Program-made: the position numbers and the translations under genes
Part shown: positions 49,292 to 61,199 of the stretch, piece after piece
Layout: each line of letters starts with the position of its first letter
Position numbering within the stretch: position 1 is the first letter of the stretch
The notes under the pieces: generated by a model
Told to the model about the DNA's origin: nothing
The model's input: the letters and a program-made list of their open reading frames with translations, nothing else
Databases searched by the model: none
Source: Chlorokybus atmophyticus
Lineage: Eukaryota; Plantae; Mesostigma and Chlorokybus algae
Direction of reading: 5' to 3'
Length of the DNA stretch: 64,000 nucleotides
Assembly: GCA_009103225.1 (NCBI GenBank)
Contig: RHPI01003599.1
Location: forward strand, 1 to 64,000

Positions 49292-51337
49292 TGTTGAAGG
49301 TATTACATGGGTGATGCTTGTATCCGGTCAGCTTGCCCTTCATACAGGAGTCGAGGGTCGAAGGTACCAGGAAGAAGCGCGTGGACTCCAGACTTAGCAA
49401 GACGGTCGAGTCATGACGGACTCCGGACCAGGCTGCTTGGTAGAGCCTTGGGACAAATCGCGTAGCTTTGTGCATATGTAAGCTTAGCAGGCGTGGCTTA
49501 GCTTGTTGGAAAGCTATGATTGTGAGCTAGACAGCGTAGCTTACAGAACAGCAATCGGCTGAGTATAGCGCACGCGGTGCTTGCCAATGTAGACGTGTGT
49601 AGAGACTGGCGGGGTATAAAGCCCTGACTTGTTGCAATGAAGAAGAGAGGTCACGATGTAGCATGTGTGCGGATGCTATGGTGGCAGTAGCAGTCATGCT
49701 CTTGTGTTGATGTTGTTGGCGTGTCACTTGCACGTGTGTATGTCAACAGGTTATGGGCCCACACATGCTTGTGTAGGTTGATGGAGTGTGTTACAATTGT
49801 ATGTGTAGCTGTAGTTGCTTTGTGGTAGTGTGGGGTTGTGAGGTCTGTGAGCAGAGAGGGCAACCAACCAAGGCCACCAGCATGGACGGCTCGAAGATTG
49901 CGATTGGACTACTGGACGTTGACGACTACAACACTTGGAGTGTGAAGATGGAGCTACTACTGGCCCACAAGGAGATGCGGAAGTACATGGACCAAGAGGA
50001 GGAGATGATGGAGATCATCTGGTGACTGAAGAAGAGTACGTGAAGTACTTGGAAGAGGAGGCGTCCTTGATACGTGGGAGCTGAAGATGTCAGCTCGTGT
50101 TGCTGAGTGCGAGGAGTACTTGGTGGAGCGTGGTGAAGCGCTTTGAGGAATGCGAGAGGCAACCCGTGGTAAGCACGTTAATGTGCTTGGTGGAAGGAAG
50201 GGGAGCAGATGGCAACCCTTGAGGTCGAGCATGGTGGAGTGTTTGATGGCCCTTCCGAGAAGGGGAGCGAGGGCAGTCCTTGGTGAAGCACGGTAAAGTG
50301 CTTGGTACTTTGGTTGAAGCATGTGGAGTGCTTGGCTGAAGGTGCATGCGAGGAAGCGAGATGAGCATCCTGGAAGCGTGATCGCTTGGAAGCTGGACAT
50401 GGAGCATCCTGGAGGCGTGAAGCTTGGAGGCTATACGCAGAAGCATGTGGACGTGGACATGAAGATGGCCATGGTGTGCGCAAGGTTGCTGCATTGACAA
50501 GGGTGGTTGAGGATGGAGTTTCAAGATACTACAAGGTCATGAGCAACAAGGAGGCACAAGTAGGTTGCGATAGCGGAGCCCGTGGGAGCTGCAAATGGTG
50601 GAAAGCAAGTTGACTAGAGGAGTCATGGGCTGATACCAGCGGCGGAGGCACTGTCAACGAGGACAGATGCAGCGGGTGCATGAAGGCAACATGTATGTAC
50701 AGCAAGGAGCAAGGTTGGTGGTCAACCATGAGGCTCGAGTTGCTGTGGAAGTGAATGAACTCAAGATCATCCATGAGAAGCATGGAGGCATGAGAAAAAG
50801 GTGAAGGCTTGCGTGAGAGCAAGCGGTGTGCGTGAGTAATGGAGGAGCTGATGTTGAAGGACAAGCTGCCCGCGTGGGAGTGTTGAAGGTATTACATGGG
50901 TGATGCTTGTATCCGGTCAGCTTGCCCTTCATACAGGAGTCGAGGGTCGAAGGTACCAGGAAGAAGCGCGTGGACTCCAGACTTAGCAAGACGGTCGAGT
51001 TATGACGGACTCCGGACCAGGCTGCTTGGTAGAGCCTTGGGAGAAATCGCGTAGCTTTGTGAATACGTAAGCTTAGCAGGCGTGGCTTAGCTTGTTGGAA
51101 AGCTATGATTGTGAGCTAGACAGCGTAGCTTACAGAACAGCAATCGGCTGAGTATAGCGCACGCGGTGCTTGCCAATGTAGACGTGTGTAGAGACTGGCG
51201 GGGTATAAAGCCCTGACTTGTTGCAATGAAGAAGAGAGGTCACGATGTAGCATGTGTGCGGATGCTATGGTGGCAGTAGCAGTCATGCTCTTGTGTTGAT
51301 GTTGTTGGCGTGTCACTTGCACGTGTGTATGTCAACA
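49292..51337 (+). mobile_element. Non-autonomous Copia-derived element (TRIM/LARD-like)
   Basis: 457-bp LTRs at 49292-49748 and 50881-51337 (4 mismatches), TSD GTCCT on both sides, PBS GGTTATGGGCCCA, PPT CGCGTGGGAG. The 1132-bp interior holds decayed gag/PR/RNase H pieces. Confidence 0.95.
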
Positions 51338-51342
51338 GTCCT

Positions 51343-52500
51343 TCAACCTTTCTCCGTTTGACCAAGGAGATCCAGCACCCCTGTGGGGTACACTTTGAGT
51401 ACCTTGTAGACGGTGCGGCCTACGGAGGTGTCAAGCGTGTCTTTGGTGGCTGCCATGCGATAGGCAAAGTCCCCCGCTTGGAACCGCCGTTGGCGCTCCT
51501 CGTAGAAGCCGCTGCGTACGCGCTCGTAGCGCAGCGTGTCGCGATGCTGCGCGATGCGCAGGTTGTTGAAGGCCATGGGGATGGTGCGCTCGAAAAGTGC
51601 GGCGCGCGTGGTGATGTCGTGGTGCATCCAGTCAGGGTCGTCAAGGTTGTTCACGACGCGATCCACCTCCTGTTGCGCACGGAAGGGGAGCAATGGTGGT
51701 CGCCCGAATAGCAGGTAGTACGGGCTGTACTCCCGCAGAGCCGCCTGCTTTGACAATCGGTATCCAAGGGCCACCCATGGGAGGTGGTCATCCCAAGTGT
51801 TCTTCTCGTACTTCAGCACGTATTTGCGGAGTGCCTTTTTGATGGTCTGTACCGTACGTTCGGCGAGGCCGTCGGCTTGAGGGTGATCACGCGAGGTACG
51901 GCGGTGGTCGATGCAACATTTGTCCAAGAGGGTGTCGAATTCCCCTCTGAACTCAGTACCTTTGTCAGTGATGACCTCGGCGCAACTGCCAAATCGGCTG
52001 AGAACGTGAGAGAGGAAGGCCTGAGACACCCCCCTGCTGCTCTTGTCGGGTAATGGCACCAGCTCCACCCATTTGGAGAAGTGCTCGATCATGACCAGGA
52101 TGTAACGGTTGCCACGCGCTGAGGGTGCCAAGTCCCCCAAGATGTCGAGCCCCCATCGGTAAAAGAGGCCGGAGATAGGGAGTGGGTGCAAGGTGGCGCT
52201 ACGCGTGTTGAGGCTGGCGCGCACCATGTCACACTGCTGGCAGTGGCTGACGAACCTTTGCACCTGTTTTGTTAATCCATACCACTAATATTGTGCCCTC
52301 ACTAGGCTGACTGTACGCTTGACACCGAAGTGTCCAAGCTTAGTGTGGAGGGAAGTGATGATGCCCTCGCGCGTGACTGGTGTCGGCACTTCCTTGTCTT
52401 CGTTGTGGAAGCGGCAATACAGCTTGTCACCTGCTCATCGATAGTGACGGGTGGGTTGGTTGACCCGGTCCTTCTCTCAAGCGCTCATGCCGGAGGGAAG
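51343..52500 (-). pseudogene. Gypsy integrase (zinc-binding H2C2 region and DDE core)
   Basis: HTKLGHFG...CQQC, RWGLDILG, EVITDKGTEF, HPQADGLAER. Four stops lie upstream of the core and there is a frameshift near 51360. Confidence 0.92.
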
Positions 52501-52664
52501 ATGGCCACTTTAAAGAAAGGAGAGTGACGGCTTGTCATGCCATATGTCCTGCCTAGTGTCGGGGGGCGCCAGCTCTGTGTCATCGACGTTAATGTCGGCT
52601 GCGTGGGCGTCTCCCAAGGGTGTGGTTGCCGCAGGGTCGGTAGACTCAAGGGCAGGAATCGCCT

Positions 52665-53916
52665 CTACCGCTGCTGAGGCCGTGGTGTTGGTCTTGTGCC
52701 ATAAGCGCAACGCGGCAGCAGCAAACATGGATGCCATGGTGGGGGCATGGTGGGAGTTGCTGCCGGGATGAGCTCATGCCGCGCTCCAGTTGCGTTGTTG
52801 GTGCTGAGGTGAGGGTTGCGACTGAGGCCATCGGTGTCTTGGTTGGTGAGGCCAGCGCGGTGGTCAATCTCAAAGTCGTATCCCTGTAACAGCAGGGCCC
52901 ATCGAGCAAGTTTCCCTGTCAGATGTTGGTTGGTCATCAGCCACTTGAGGGGCTGATGATCGGCGATCAGTTGGAACTGTCGACCAAAGAGGAAAGGTCG
53001 GAAGAAGGAGATGGCCCACACTGCAGCAAGGCACTCCCCTTCGTAGCTGCTGTAGTTGGCCTCGGCGCTGTTGTTGCTCCGGCTGGCGTATGACACCACC
53101 CGCTCCTTCTTGTTCTCATCGTGCTGCACCAGCACCGCTCCCATCCCCAGTTTGCTCCAGTCGGTGTGAAGGATGAAAGGCTTGGCGTAGTCCGCACGTT
53201 GAAGAATGGGAGCGCTGGTGAGTTTGCTCTTCAGCTCCTCGAAGGCCTGCTGTTGCGGCTCCTTCCACGCGAACTCCACCTCCTTCTTCAGTAGCTCGTT
53301 GAGGGGCCTTGCGATCTTCGCGAAGTCCTTCACGAACCGGCGATAGTAGTTGGCAAGTCCCAAGAAAGCGCGCAGGCGTGTGAGGTCTGTCGGGGCAGGG
53401 ATTGCTGCCAGAGCCTCTACTTTTGCCTGCTGCACATACACACCATGGGGCACAATCATGTGCCCTAAGTACGGCACCTTGTGGGTGAAGAAGGTACACT
53501 TGTCGTGGTGTACGGTCATCCCCACTCCCTTGAGTCGTTCCAGCACCGCTTCGATGTGCTGCAGATGCTCCTCGTTGCTGCGGCTGAAGATGAGGATGTC
53601 ATCGATGTAGCACCGCGCGCAGTTCAGCCCCTTCAAGGCTTTATCCATGACGCGTTGAAACTTGGCGGGGGCATTCTTCAGCCCGAACGGCATTACCTTC
53701 CATTGTTACAACTGTCGGTTGCCCCAGAAGGAGGTCTTGTGCTTGTCCTCGTCCTTGATGGCGATTTGGTTGTACCCCTGACGCATGTCCAGGATGCTGA
53801 AGACTTTGCAGTCTCCCACATCATCAAAAATACCCTCTGCTGTGGGCATGGGGTACCGGTCTTGCTTGGTCTTGTTGATGAGGGGGCGATAGTTGCCACA
53901 CATGCGTCGCTCTATC
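52665..53916 (-). pseudogene. Gypsy reverse transcriptase and RNase H
   Basis: FSILDMRQGYNQI, MPFGLKNAPAKFQRVM, CYIDDILIFS, FILHTDWS, EGECLAAVWAI, DHQPLKWL. One stop at 53706. The N-terminal RT part lies at 58826-~59000. Confidence 0.95.
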
Positions 53917-56900
53917 TGTTGAAGGACTAACATGCACATGTAGTTGAGGCAAGCATGGATGCACAGAGACAGAGCTACCGCCACCAGAGCATACACAAGT
54001 CACATCACATTCATCTATTACAAGTTGTCCGCTGGTTCTTATACCAGCCAGTTACACACACGTCTACGTTTGCAAGCACTGCGTAAGCTATACTCAGCCT
54101 TTAAACGCGCTCTAAGCTGTGTTGTCTTCCTTACAACTAGAGCTTTCCAACAAGCTCTTACACGCCTAATATGAGTAAGTATACGCGGAGATACAAAGCA
54201 GTTAGTAAGGCTCCAGTCTGGAGTCCGGAGTCTGGTCCGACGACGCCATCTTGCTAAGTCCGGACCTAGTGCTCGTCCTTACGACCTTCTACTCCTGTGT
54301 GGAGGGTCGATGCTGATCGTAAGTAGGAATACTCTCAACACTCCCACGCGAGCAGCTTGACCTCCAACGCTTGCTCCTGTAGTCAATCACAGATGCCAAG
54401 TCCTGCGCAACAAGTCTTGAACTTGAGCGGTGACAATGGCTTTGTCATGAAGTCCGCCAGCATGCCCTCAGTGTTGCAGTACTGGAACTCCACCTCTTTC
54501 CTTGTGACTCTGTCACGCACAAAGTGATGCATGACATCAATGTGCTTCGTCCTTGCCGAGGCGATAGGGTGCTTCAACAACTTGATGGCTCCTTGGTTGT
54601 CACAGTTGATGACGATGCACGCCATGGGGTGCTCCAAGTCTGCCATGAGCTTGCGAAGCCAGAGTGCCTCCTTCACTGCTGCTGCCGCTGCCATGTACTC
54701 AGCCTCTGATGTAGATGCTGCTGTTGTTGGCTGCAGCCTGCTGTTCCAGCTCACCACGCCTCCGTTCAGCTTGAAGACGTAGCCTGTAGTGGACCTCCTG
54801 CTGTTGAGGTCACCAGCAAAGTCCGAGTTGCAGTAGCCCTCCACCTCAGTGCTCCCGCTCCCAAACTTGATGCCAACTGTTGCGCTCCCAGCAACATAGC
54901 GTAGTACTCCCTTTGCTGCTCTCCAGTGCTCCATGCTCGGTGCAGACATGTAGCGAGCAAGTACTCCCACAGCATGTGCAACATCGGGATGTGTGCACAC
55001 TGCCAGATAGAGCATGCTGCCTACCAGCTCACCATATGAATACTGAGCCTTATCGAGTACCTCCTCATCCTTTGCCTTGATGAGGGCAGTGCCAAGTGCC
55101 AACGGTGTGGTCTTGGTCATCGCTTCAATGAGCCCAAACTTGGTGATGAGTCTTCTCACCATCTGCTCCTGACTGATCTTGATTGTGCGTGCAGCCCTGT
55201 CGCGCTCAATCACCATGCCAAGGAACCACTTGGCCTCTCCAAGATCACGAACTGAGAATGCTGCCTGTAGAGCAAGTTTCGTCTCCTGCAAGTGGTGCAC
55301 CTGCCTGGCGGTGATGATGATATCATCAACATACACGAGCAGCCAGACTTTGTTGTCTGCATGAATGAAGAGCCCAGGGTCTGCAGAGGGTGCGGTGAAG
55401 CCAAGTGCCTCCAGCTCCTTGGTGAGCTTGATGTGCCACATACGCGGTGCCTGTTGCAGCCCGTACAGTGCCTTGATCAGCTTGCACGCTGTGCCTCTCT
55501 CCCCTTCTTCATATCCAGGTGGTTGCTCGATGAAGATCTCCTCCTCCAGCTCTCCGTAGAGGAAGGCAGTCTTCACATCCAGGTGATGCAGCTCTAGGTC
55601 TTCAGCAGCAACCATAGCTAGCAGTGCACGGAAGGTGGTATGCTTACTTGCAGGTGCAAACACTTCGTTGAAGTCCACACCTTCCTGCTGCAAGAAGCCC
55701 TTTGCCACCAGTCTTGCCTTGTAGCGCTCAATGTTGCCCTGACCATCACGCTTCACCTTGAAGACCCATTTCACTGGAATGGTCTTCACTCCTTGCGGTA
55801 ACTGCTCCGGTGACCAAGTGTTTTTTGCATGGAGTGACGCAATCTCCTCGTCCATAGCACGCTGCCATTGCTCCGCATCTGGTGCTAACAATGCCTCCTC
55901 GTAGGTGCTTGGCTCCTCATTGTGCACACTGGCGACGTGTGCCTTGTGTAAGAAGTCAGGTGCCTTTCTCTCCCTCACTGGGTATCTCCGAGCTGCGTGC
56001 TCCTGCTGCAGGTGCGACTGCTTGTCTGCTACAGTGGAGTCCTGCTCACCCTTATCGTCGATGATGGCCTTGCCTGTAGCCTCCACTGTTTCAGGATGCT
56101 CCGGCTGTGCTTCATCTTCAGGAAAGAAGCCTGCTTCTGATTGTGACAATCCCTCGTGGAAAACCACCTCTCTGCTCACAATGATCTTCTGAGTGTCCTC
56201 GAGCAAGATCCTGTAAGCCTTGGAACCCGGTTCATAGCCAACGAAGATGCCCTTCTTGCTGACCGGCTCCAGCTTGTGCCTGAGCTGTTTAGGCACTAGT
56301 GCATATGCCGTGCATCCAAACACACGCATACCACTCACATCTGGTGTGGCTCCATAGAAGTGCTCCCACGGAGTCTTCTGCTCTGAGCTCACCGGAGACC
56401 TGTTGCGGATGTAGTTGGCAGTGAGTACCGCCTCCTTCCACAAACTGTCTTCCATTTTTGTGTCGCTGAGCATGGCTCGAACACGCTCCAGGAGTGTCCT
56501 GTTGAGGCGTTCAGCTGCTCCATTCTGCTGCGGGGTGTAGGGTGCCGTTGTCTCGTGGCGTATGCCCTTGCTGGCGAAGAACTCCTTCAACTCCTTGTTG
56601 ATGTACTCCCCTCCTCGATCACTCCTCATTGCCTTCATCTTGTTGCCAGACTGGGTCTCCAACAAGGCCACAACTGTGCGCACAGCTCCAGCAACTTCTG
56701 ACTTGAGCGTCAATGGAAAGATGATGGACAGCTTGCTGTAGTTGTCGAGGAATGTAGCAAAGTACCTGGCCCCTCCCTTCGCCACAATGCGCATAGGACC
56801 ACAGACATCCATGTGCACAAGCTCGCAAGGATGCTGACTGCTAGAAGAGGATGATGGGAAAGGCATAGCATGCTGCTTTGCAACCAGACATGGTTCACAA

Positions 56901-58825
56901 AGTGCACCTGGTGCTGTCTTGAGTTCTTCTGTGCTGAGATGGATGCCTTTAACCATCTTCTTAGCGACAAGGCGAGTGAGGTTGACGTAGCTGAGATGCC
57001 CGAACCTCCGATGCTATAATGTTGGCGACTCCTTGTCCTTCACGACCATGGCTTGAATGTCAATGTCCTTAGGGTGCTGCTCCACGTGGTAGAGCCCTCC
57101 CGGATCAGTGATTCCAACCATGTGCACAACCCCATCAAGGATGACTGTGCAGCCACCCTTCCGAAATAGGGTCTCCGCGCCTAAGCGCTCCGCAACCCTC
57201 ATAGAGAATAGACTCGCAATAGCCTTAGAAACATGCAGAACGTTGCGTAACAACACCTCGCGTAGTGTGTTACCAACCTTGCACTGGAGTCGTACGTTGC
57301 CAACTCCCTTAGCCACCAGTACTTCGCCACCGAAGCCCGCCACATTGATTGTGGACGTCAGCTTCCTGTAGCCCTCCATCACCTCCTTGTTTGGTGTGAG
57401 ATGACGATCGCAGCCAGAGTCCACCACCCAGAAAACTGTGCCCGCCCTCGAACTGGATGCAGTGAAGGCGACATGTTTCTCCTTGTGTCGGTGCTCGTTG
57501 CCGCTGTTGCTGGTGCTTGCTCTAGGTTGCCCCTGTTGTTTCCTCCTACAGTCCTTCACAATGTGCCCCTTCCAACCACACCAGTGGCATGTGAGGTCTT
57601 TGTGACGAGGATTGCCTGGCTTGTTGCCCTTGTACTTCTCTTCATGGTTGCTCTTCTTTGCGTGCTTGCCGGTGTAGAAGGCGACGGCATCCGCTTGCTC
57701 GTCCTTCTTCACAACCCTCTGCTCCACGGTGAGCAGCTTCGGCAGCACATCGTCCAACGTCAACTCCAATGATGACGTCTCCAGCAGGGTTGCGACGACC
57801 TCGTACTCTGCTGGTAGCCCTGCAACAATGGCCAGCACTACCTCCGTCTCCCCCATGTTGTGGCCGACGTTGATGAGGTCCGCCCACAGCTCTCTCGCGC
57901 GCGCAACATACTTTGTGATGGGTTCTGCTGCCTCCTTCCTGAGTGCGCTGAGCTGCTTGCGTAGATGCAACTTTCTGGCATTGTTCTTGGCTCTGAAAAC
58001 GGCTGATAGCTTTTCCCAAGCTTGTCTACCATCTTCACATGCAGTGAGCATGGGAAAGTGATGCGGTTTGCTGTTCAACACAAGCAAAGAGTGTGCTTCT
58101 GCTGAATGCTCTGACCACACAGTGTTCGCTCCTGGTGTTGGTGGTGGTGCCTTCGGATCAACATACTTCCACACCTTCTTATGGATGAGCAAGGCCTTCA
58201 TCTCCTCGCACCATGTGTTGTAGTTGTCGGTGTCCAGCTTTGCAATCTGCCCCTTGTCGTAGGTCGCCTCCATCTTTGTCGTGCCTGCCTTGTCTTGCAG
58301 TTGACACCCAAGGCTCTGCTACCAACAAGCTACCGTAGTGTAGAACCACTATGCACACAAGCTAGTCTCACACTCCTCAAGCGTAGTGTGGGCCCATAAC
58401 CTGTTGAAGGACTAGCATGCACATGTAGTTGAGGCAAGCATGGATGCACAGAGACAGAGCTACCGCCACCAGAGCATACACAAGTCACATTACATTCATC
58501 TATTACAAGTTGTCCGCTGGTTCTTATACCAGCCAGCTACACACACGTCTACGTTTGCAAGCTCTGCGTAAGCTATACTCAGCCTTTTGACGCGCTCTAA
58601 GCTGTGTTGTCTTTCTTACAACCAGAGCTTTCCAACAAGCTCTTACACGCCTAATATGAATAAGTATACGCGGAGATACAAAGCAGTTAGTAAGGCTCCA
58701 GTCTGGAGTCCGGAGTCTGGTCCGACGACGCCATCTTGCTAAGTCCGGACCTAGTGCTCGTCCTTACGACCTTCTACTCCTGTGTGGAGGGTCGATGCTG
58801 ATCGTATGTAGGAATACTCTCAACA
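53917..58825 (-). mobile_element. Near-intact autonomous Ty1/Copia retrotransposon
   Basis: 424-bp LTRs at 53917-54340 and 58402-58825 (~10 mismatches), PBS GGTTATGGGCCCAC, PPT CGCGTGGGAG, TSD CTATC/CTGTC (one mismatch). Confidence 0.97.
54383..58273 (-). pseudogene. Copia Gag-Pol polyprotein (Gag-knuckle-PR-IN-RT-RH) with one premature stop
   Basis: CHWCGWKGHIVKDC, WVVDSGC, L*HRRFGH (TAG at 57014-57016), HMDVCGP, SDRGGEY, QNGAAER, LDVKTAFL, YVDD, KHIDVMHHFVRD. Both ORF halves are in the same frame. Confidence 0.95.
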
Positions 58826-59339
58826 CTGTCCAGTTGCCTGCTGAATCCTTTTTCAGTGGCATGACGGTTGCTGCTGCGAAGTCCGATGTGGACTCTTCGA
58901 TAAGGCCTGCATCCAGCAGCGCCTTACATCTCTGTTCCACCAAGTCTTCTTCCAACTTGGAGAGCCTGTATTGTCGTCGGAACACCGGCTCAGTGTCCAC
59001 CAGCTCGATGTCCATCTGGTACACTGAGCATGTACCCAATTCCTTCACATTGAAGCTGAATTGGCTCCTCCATTTGTTGAAGAGAGCCTCCAGCTTCTCG
59101 CGAGTGTCTTCTGTGGCCAATGGGCCAATGGCATGGTCCCAAGAGGTTGCATTGGCAACCACGGGAATGTCCTCCACTGTCACTGCTGCTTGCTCCTCCA
59201 TGTGGATCACCTCGAGGGCTGTGTGAGCTGCCTTGGTGTCGGCCACGCGATCAGCCCACCCCCCAGCCAAGTGTTCGAGATACTCGAAGGACACGTGGCG
59301 GTCCTGCGACGCGAAGCTCAGCTCCAGCAGCCATACCAT

Positions 59340-60272
59340 GCTGTTTTGGTCCATGGCGCGACCAAGCAGCTGGCATTGCTGACTGTCCGTTAGCGATGAG
59401 CCCGTGATGCTGTTGGGGAAGAATCCTATGGCGCGTTCACGTTCGCGTGCGTTGGGTTCTTCCAGCCTGTTGGTGGTCGCATCGAACACCATCCCGTGAC
59501 CACCGTGCCGAGATGCGTAGGAGCCCGGGTAGGACACCAATGTTGGGAGTGCGCGACGGGGCTGACCGGGCTGATTGCACGGGTAGAAGTGGTTGTGGTC
59601 ATAATGTAGGACAGGTTGTGCTGTGCGGCCGGGGTCAAGGATGTCGTCGACCAGCAGGTTGCGCGGCCGAGCGCTGCGTGTGTACTCGGCGGTCATGAGT
59701 TCCTTCACGGTGGCCAAGTTTGTCCATTTGGCACGTACACGATGTGCGCGCGAGCCATGTCGTGCCGCGTTCACCTTGAGTGGGTGCCCCAGAATGGTGC
59801 AAACTTGTCGGTAGCTGGAGGCCACGTGCGGACGCTTGTCGTCCTCTGAATGCACATTTTCGATGACGTACCCCAGGGGTCTGGAGATCTGGTGGTGTTG
59901 AAGGAGGTGGATGATCCTCATCAGCTCCCAGAACAGCTTGGAGTGAGGGTTTTCGAGGCCTTGCCCCTTGCCTGCCCTGGAGTGCCCTTGGCATTCCCAT
60001 CCAGCTATTAACAGGTCGACATTGCCGAGGGACAGTAGGTGATCTTCAGTGATCAGCCGGATGTCCTGTGGCAATGCTTTGAGGCTGCCTTGCAACGCCG
60101 AGAGGGGTAGTTGACGTGGATACCTGGCGTGCAGTTGGCGTAAGTGGTGCTTGAGGACCGTTTGCGCGTGTGGGTCTGGGTCGTAGTAATAGTATTTGAC
60201 AACTTTCACGCCCGTGTTGAGGACCGCAGCAAGACCACTGCCAATGCCGCCAAACAGCTCCAACACTGTGAT
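59340..60272 (-). CDS. DNMT3-like C5 cytosine methyltransferase domain within Gypsy pol
   Basis: Motif I VLELFGGIG, motif IV AGWECQGHS (Cys at 59993-59991), motif VI YVIENV, motif VIII SRAHRVRAKWTNL, motifs IX-X ERERAIGF...LLGRAMD. No stop within the domain; in frame with PR and RT. Confidence 0.92.
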
Positions 60273-60806
60273 GCCCTGTTGCCTGCGAAAGGTGTGGAAC
60301 TCCACCACTCCGGTGGCCACCATATGGCGGTCCTGCACCTTGACGTGGCTTCGGTAGTTGGGGAAGCGCGTGGTGATCAGTGGATGGCTGAGCAAGATGT
60401 GTGCATCCACCTGTTCGCGCCAGCGCCGTTCAGCTGGGTCTTGTAATGCTACTTCCACGGTGGCATCCTCCTGCTCCTCGTTGTACGGGATGGGAGAGGA
60501 GTCGCCGGTTCGACACGGGGCCGTGGCACCAGCAGCGGCTTGCGTCCGAGCGCCGTCGTATGTGGCCATTACAGCCTTCCGGGTGCGGGCGTGGCTGCGT
60601 GTGGCCATGGCAGCCATTTTGCGTTGGGCGCGCGTGCGCGAGACCAACTCGAGAGGCAGGAAACCCTGCACCTCTCCGTCATCCTCATCCCAATGTGGCC
60701 GAAACCACGCTCACTCTGTCCAGCAGTCGAGGCCCATGCCCACAGGGAAGTTGAAGTCCTGCCCAAGCAGAAAGTCGAAGGAGCCGGCATTGGTGACCAC
60801 ACATTG

Positions 60807-61154
60807 CTAGACGATCTCGGTCGTGTGGGTTGGGTCCAGCCCTGTCAACCAAATGCAAAAGGCCTCCCTGGTGACTCCCATCAGCTTATCTCGGCTACCT
60901 GTGGCAGTGTCCAACACGTACGGGCAAGGCACCAAGTCGGAGCTGGTTATGCCTAGGGACCGCGCGAGGAAGCGCTCGATGATGACAGGCTGTGCTCCGG
61001 TGTCCAACATTACTCGCTTGGGTGCCAGACCGTTGATGGTAACGTGCTTGCCTTGGTTGGCCACCATGGCAGCATTGGCGTCGATACGCAGCCTCTTCAT
61101 ACGAGGTGTTTGTGCCTCTGACTCAGTTGTCTCAGCTGGAGGTGCTGCGCGCAT
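60807..61154 (-). pseudogene. Gypsy aspartic protease
   Basis: VMLDTGAQP active-site motif, with DFLLGQDF downstream. Stops at 60807 and ~60714. Confidence 0.85.
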
Positions 61155-61199
61155 GGCAGCCAGAGCTCCTCTGCCTGCTGGGTCCGGAGAACCCCCTCC

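Noticed and set aside
58826-60714. Selective preservation or domestication of the DNMT ORF (~630 stop-free codons, terminated by the Copia LTR)
   Set aside because: With roughly 15 lesions over ~2,700 codons (hand count), a longest gap of about 600 codons is expected by chance. Expression or dN/dS data would be needed.
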